Below, piece by piece: positions 59,692 through 64,000 of a stretch of DNA of 64,000 bases. Where the stretch lies: contig CBEUCH010000014.1 in assembly GCA_965541585.1 (NCBI GenBank), positions 12,670 to 76,669 of the forward strand, given 5' to 3'. A program made the translations under genes and the position numbers. The first letter of the stretch is position 1. Each line of letters starts with the position of its first letter. Under the pieces are notes generated by a model. It saw only the letters and a list, made by a program, of their open reading frames with translations. It did not search any database and was not told where the DNA came from. Source of the stretch: an uncultured bacterium. Lineage in GTDB: Bacteria; Zixibacteria; MSB-5A5; UBA10806.

Positions 59692-62688
59692 TTATTTCAG
59701 CAATAGCATTTTATTCGCTTCTGAGAAATCACCGGCCTGAATCCTATAGAAATACAGACCGGAGCTACTTCGTCTAGAGTCCCAGGTAATCTGGTGATAG
59801 CCGGCTTGTTTTTCACCATCGACCAGAGTTTCCACCCGGCGACCAAGAAGATCGTATATCTCTATCGTAACATGCGATTGTTCCGGAAGCGCATATTCTA
59901 TATTGACGCGGTTATTGAATGGATTGGGATAACTTCCGAGAAGGGCAAATTCGTCCGGGATACTAGCATCGCTTTCCTGATCAGGGATGGAGGTAGCATC
60001 ACAGTTCAATTCGAGAACCTCAAAAGCGTCGATACCGGCCTCGACAACGGATCCCTCTTCAAGATCAGAAACCTCGAAGCGAACCTTGATCATTCCGGTG
60101 GAGGTCATGGAATCCGCTATGTCAATTGAATATTCCTCCCAGCCATTAGTGCTTGCGGGCCCGACAGTTTCGGCGAGGATCCAACTTGATCCATCGTCGC
60201 TGGAGATGTATGTCTTGAAGAAATCGCGGTTTGGATTTTCACCGAAATTATTGGTATACCACAAAGCGTAATTGATCTTCGGAGTTTCGGCGCCGTACAG
60301 ATAGATTAAAGGCGACGTCAGGTAAGTATAGCCGCCGTCAACATCGGAGTCGCCCTGCACGTTGCCTGTAACGTAACATTGGCCCGAACCATCGTAATCT
60401 CTCGCCGGATCCCCGCGTTCACCGCCGCCGACAGGAAACCCTCGCTCCCAATGACCCGCGATGGCATCTCCACTGACTGTCCAACCTTGGTCGGTTTCAA
60501 AATCGTCCTCCATAACCTCGATAAGATTTCCAACCGATGAAACATGATAGGAGTCCGGTGCATCAGGCGGGTCCGAAACCGACGAACCTTCATCTCCGGA
60601 CGCGCTAATATAGAATTCCGGCAGGGCCTCGCAATCAGCGGGCGGTAAAGTTGCTTCAAACAGGTCATTTCCAATCGATATCAACTCCAGTGTCGAAAAA
60701 TCGCCGCCCTCGTAGCGATAACTGAGAGTCCCGGATCCCGGCAGGTAATTCTCGCTGCCATTCTCAATTCTCACGATAAACGTATTCGGAACGCCGGGTT
60801 GGATATATTCCGGTAATCCATCGGGGAACAGGATGACCAACGCCTGAGGCACAGGAGGAGCCATCCCCAGATCGGGATTACCCCAGTACGCTCCCCATTC
60901 AAACGTCTCGTACTTTACGTAATACCACAATCCGTAAGTGTACATTATACGCAAAGCCCTCTGATGAGCTTCACCCTGAGAATATTCGCCGGATGTGACT
61001 GAAGTTGTGAAGAAATAGTCCAGCGATTGGCTGGAACCATCCAAGGGATCATCCCAACCCGGACGTCCGAGAGCGACCTGTGTTGCCCCTAAAAAGCCCA
61101 CGGCCCCTCGATACATCATGGCCTGACCGATATTCAAATGATCGGTATCAGAGTTGCTGCAAGCATCCGCAAAAATAATGGCGGGATAATCGTCATTCAA
61201 CTGAGGGCAGTCGCTGGACGAGATAAAAGCTTCTTGCGTAGAATGCCATATATGGCTTGAGGTCGGCGATCCATGGCCCGCCCAGTTTACAAAGGCATAT
61301 GTGCCTGACGACCAGACTGAAATTACATTACTATGCCTTAAGTCATAGTCCATGGGATATGAGGAATACCCCCGCTCATACATTCTGGTCATAGTCCAAT
61401 CGGACATCCACGGCTGATCCACTTTCGCTTCCATGAGAACGGCGCAATCAGTACGCGGGTTGGGGTCATCATCCCAGAAAAAACCGCCAAGAAGGAGTAT
61501 ATTTTTCTTAAAGGCCGGATCATCATTTATTTCATAGGCAACCGACTTTTCGCAGATATCAAAAACGATATTGGGATCACTCCAGGGGATTCTGCCAACG
61601 GTAACTTCCGTATAAAAATCGTTGTAATCCGTTTCCTCACCATAAAGATGGTCTCCATCTACGTCCCAGGACTGATCGTCGGGCAAACTGAGTTCGGCAT
61701 AATAATAATCGGTTTCGGGTTGGCCGTAGCCAAGATCCAGCCCCGTGCGGCGCATGGGGACATCGTCATAATGGCCTACCAGTAACACGTCTTCAACGCC
61801 CCATTCGCTCGATGGGTATTTTTCTCTAAGGAAATTTCTTATCTTCTCTGGCAGATCGTAACCAGCATAATTGGTATTGATCCAGGACGTGGTCACGACC
61901 TCGACACTTCTTCCCTTTTGAGTTTCCCAATCCACAAGGGGCGTTATTGACGATGTAAGCGAACTGAGCGTGATCATCACGAAATCATGAAAATCCTCAT
62001 CCGTGCGCATATCCCGGGGATACCAGTTCACTGCCTGATCATAATTGATTATAATCTCTTCAGCAATTCGCTCAGGTCTCTCCAGGTGGTCAACGACAAC
62101 GCCGCTTGAGCGCTCGGAGGTTTCATATTCCACGTTGACTGAAATATCCGGAAAATAAACTAACTCGCCTGAGATGGGACGGTATGCGAACGGGGTTACC
62201 CTGACATCCACCAGATTGTATTTTCTGTAACCTGCCGTACGAACAAATTCCACAACATTCTGAGGATAGACGTCGTTGTTTGCATAAACTGAATTATAAT
62301 TATCTTCGTAGAGTCGTCTTTCCTTTTCGTAAATTATCGGATCCTCCTGACCGATAACTCTCGGCAGAGGGGCAGGCGGAATTCTGTAGCTTCCGGGGAG
62401 CCTTACTCCAGCACCCGTGTCGAAACTGATCCCGGCAAACTCTGTTCCCGGAGGAATCGCAACAGCAAAGATCCTCGAAGGAAGAACCGGTTTGCCCGGC
62501 ACCAGAAGATGACCGAAATCTCCAACGGAAATCTCCTGACCCTGATGAGTATCATTGATTTCGTAGCCCTCTATCGGTATGCTAACCGCAATACTTTCCT
62601 GATCATCCGATGCTAAGATATGGCTTGCTGCCAACAGACTAAGGCAAAGTACGATTGACATCGCGGGGAGTATCAGCGGACGTTTCAT
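59692..62688 (-). CDS. C25 (gingipain-like) cysteine peptidase family protein with T9SS C-terminal sorting domain
   Basis: 998 aa, signal peptide. C-terminus ..GLYFYRIQAGDFSEANKMLLLK typical of Por/T9SS CTDs. Confidence 0.6.
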   Translation of the reverse strand: MKRPLILPAMSIVLCLSLLAASHILASDDQESIAVSIPIEGYEINDTHQGQEISVGDFGHLLVPGKPVLPSRIFAVAIPPGTEFAGISFDTGAGVRLPGSYRIPPAPLPRVIGQEDPIIYEKERRLYEDNYNSVYANNDVYPQNVVEFVRTAGYRKYNLVDVRVTPFAYRPISGELVYFPDISVNVEYETSERSSGVVVDHLERPERIAEEIIINYDQAVNWYPRDMRTDEDFHDFVMITLSSLTSSITPLVDWETQKGRSVEVVTTSWINTNYAGYDLPEKIRNFLREKYPSSEWGVEDVLLVGHYDDVPMRRTGLDLGYGQPETDYYYAELSLPDDQSWDVDGDHLYGEETDYNDFYTEVTVGRIPWSDPNIVFDICEKSVAYEINDDPAFKKNILLLGGFFWDDDPNPRTDCAVLMEAKVDQPWMSDWTMTRMYERGYSSYPMDYDLRHSNVISVWSSGTYAFVNWAGHGSPTSSHIWHSTQEAFISSSDCPQLNDDYPAIIFADACSNSDTDHLNIGQAMMYRGAVGFLGATQVALGRPGWDDPLDGSSQSLDYFFTTSVTSGEYSQGEAHQRALRIMYTYGLWYYVKYETFEWGAYWGNPDLGMAPPVPQALVILFPDGLPEYIQPGVPNTFIVRIENGSENYLPGSGTLSYRYEGGDFSTLELISIGNDLFEATLPPADCEALPEFYISASGDEGSSVSDPPDAPDSYHVSSVGNLIEVMEDDFETDQGWTVSGDAIAGHWERGFPVGGGERGDPARDYDGSGQCYVTGNVQGDSDVDGGYTYLTSPLIYLYGAETPKINYALWYTNNFGENPNRDFFKTYISSDDGSSWILAETVGPASTNGWEEYSIDIADSMTSTGMIKVRFEVSDLEEGSVVEAGIDAFEVLELNCDATSIPDQESDASIPDEFALLGSYPNPFNNRVNIEYALPEQSHVTIEIYDLLGRRVETLVDGEKQAGYHQITWDSRRSSSGLYFYRIQAGDFSEANKMLLLK

Positions 62689-63309
62689 TTTTCGCCTCCT
62701 TCTCTACAGACCAATGCGACTATTCAAATTTGGGGAAATATCCTAAAATGGATTGAAATAAACATCATATTGTATATTAGTAGCTTGACCGGATTAAGTA
62801 AAGCAGAATAAACGCTGAAGGTAGAGAATATCAATTTTCTGCTGAAGACGAGAGGGGTGAAATTCAGTCCATTGCTGAGAACGGCCACCCGGCTTCTGAG
62901 CCTCACCGGATTATTATGGCGATGTCCTCACCACGGATCCGCATATTAGGGGGACGCTTATTGACCCGGGCAACGATATTCCTCCAATAGTAATACCAAA
63001 TCTTAAGTGGTCCTGTCATAGCAAAAGTCAAGTTTGTTTGAGGTTTTTTAGCTCTGAGAGCAGGGAAATTCGATTCTGATTGAGGTTCGGCGTCATATGC
63101 AATAGTATCCGGCACGAAACTCCGTATTCAGTATGACAGGGATGTGGATTAATTCCCAGGCTCGGAGCAGGCTATTGGCTCTTCAGTTCTTCCATCTCAA
63201 GAGAAATCTCGAATGAACGGTTAAATACAGCTTTACAATAGACATCCCGCTTCGAGATTCATATATTGCCGCCCACCTGAAAAAGGCATCAACCGAAAGG
63301 AGAATCTCA

Positions 63310-63696
63310 ATGTCCAATGAAAAACCTGCCCATGGAACGTTCTGCTGGAACGAGCTGGTAACACGCGATACGGCGGGCGCCGAAAAATTCTATACCGAAT
63401 TGCTGGGGTGGAAAGCCGTTGACAGCGACATGCCCGGAATGAAGTATACGCTGTTTAAAGCCGGCGACAAGGATGCCGGCGGGATGATGGTTATGCCACC
63501 TGATGTGCCCAAAGAGGTTCCCTCGCACTGGGTGGCCTATATTACTGTCGATGATGTCGATAGCCTGGTCAAGAAAGTTGGGGAACTGGGTGGCACCATC
63601 CTGCATGGCCCTCAGGATGTTCCCAAGGTGGGCCGCTTCTGCATCGTCCAGGACCCGACCGGCGCAGTGGTGTCTTTGATTAAGCTAGCCAGCTAG
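63310..63696 (+). CDS. VOC-family (glyoxalase/bleomycin-resistance fold) protein
   Basis: 128 aa with GTFCWNEL...FYTELLGW... motif pattern typical of VOC proteins. Confidence 0.65.
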   Translation: MSNEKPAHGTFCWNELVTRDTAGAEKFYTELLGWKAVDSDMPGMKYTLFKAGDKDAGGMMVMPPDVPKEVPSHWVAYITVDDVDSLVKKVGELGGTILHGPQDVPKVGRFCIVQDPTGAVVSLIKLAS

Positions 63697-64000
63697 CAAG
63701 AAAGGGAGGCACCAATCCACGGTTTGATAGCCATACAATAGAGAATTGTCGTTACCCGAGCTTTGGCTAATGAGCCTCACGATTAAGATTTGCCAAGCAG
63801 AAATCGGAGACCATTATCGTGTTCCCTGAATATTTTCGCTAAAGACGTTACCCGAAAAAGATGTGCAGTTTGGGAAACGTTGTTATGGGGCAGAGGACAT
63901 AGATGATAGATGTGAGATTTGAAACTCCCCGGGATATACCACGAGTACACGACATTAATGAAGAAGCGTTCGGACAGCCTATGGAGGCGGACTTAGTTGA

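Overview
This 64 kb window looks like bacterial chromosome, read by eye without tools. GC is roughly 50-55% in most genes. The organism appears Gram-negative, probably an FCB-superphylum-like or candidate-phylum genome; a T9SS-type C-terminal sorting domain and a full Kdo/LPS gene set support that guess. The backbone is housekeeping, in this order: an SPFH protein (partial, gene starts upstream of the window), a CBS-pair protein, four hypothetical membrane proteins, two transglutaminase-like proteins, mutM, a frameshifted BNR-repeat gene, a divergent ceramide-like lipid cluster (AOS/Spt-like, GNAT, NAD-reductase, class V aminotransferase), then kdsB-pyrG-kdsA-kdsC-kdsD-lpxL-lptC-lptB, rpoN-hpf-hprK, an MCE protein, a GH57 enzyme, a Mut7-C protein, two tRNA-Lys, a dockerin protein, ssrA (tmRNA), a zinc-type ADH, a large repeat/fibre-like protein with an S74 chaperone domain, an AKR-FeS oxidoreductase, an alpha/beta hydrolase, an M24 peptidase, threonine synthase, an S9 peptidase, a C25-like protease with a T9SS CTD, and a VOC protein. 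Two compositionally distinct, lower-GC insertions stand out. (1) A 1265 aa orphan ORF sits exactly in the normally contiguous lptB-rpoN junction. (2) Just 3' of ssrA there is a composite island bounded by three copies of the tmRNA 3' end. It carries a small GIY-YIG ORF and a translationally coupled two-gene module: a 336 aa protein with a PD-(D/E)xK-like motif, then a ~870-890 aa SF2 helicase. That module is Hachiman-like in architecture and is a candidate anti-phage system. No integrase, CRISPR array or prophage structural module was seen.
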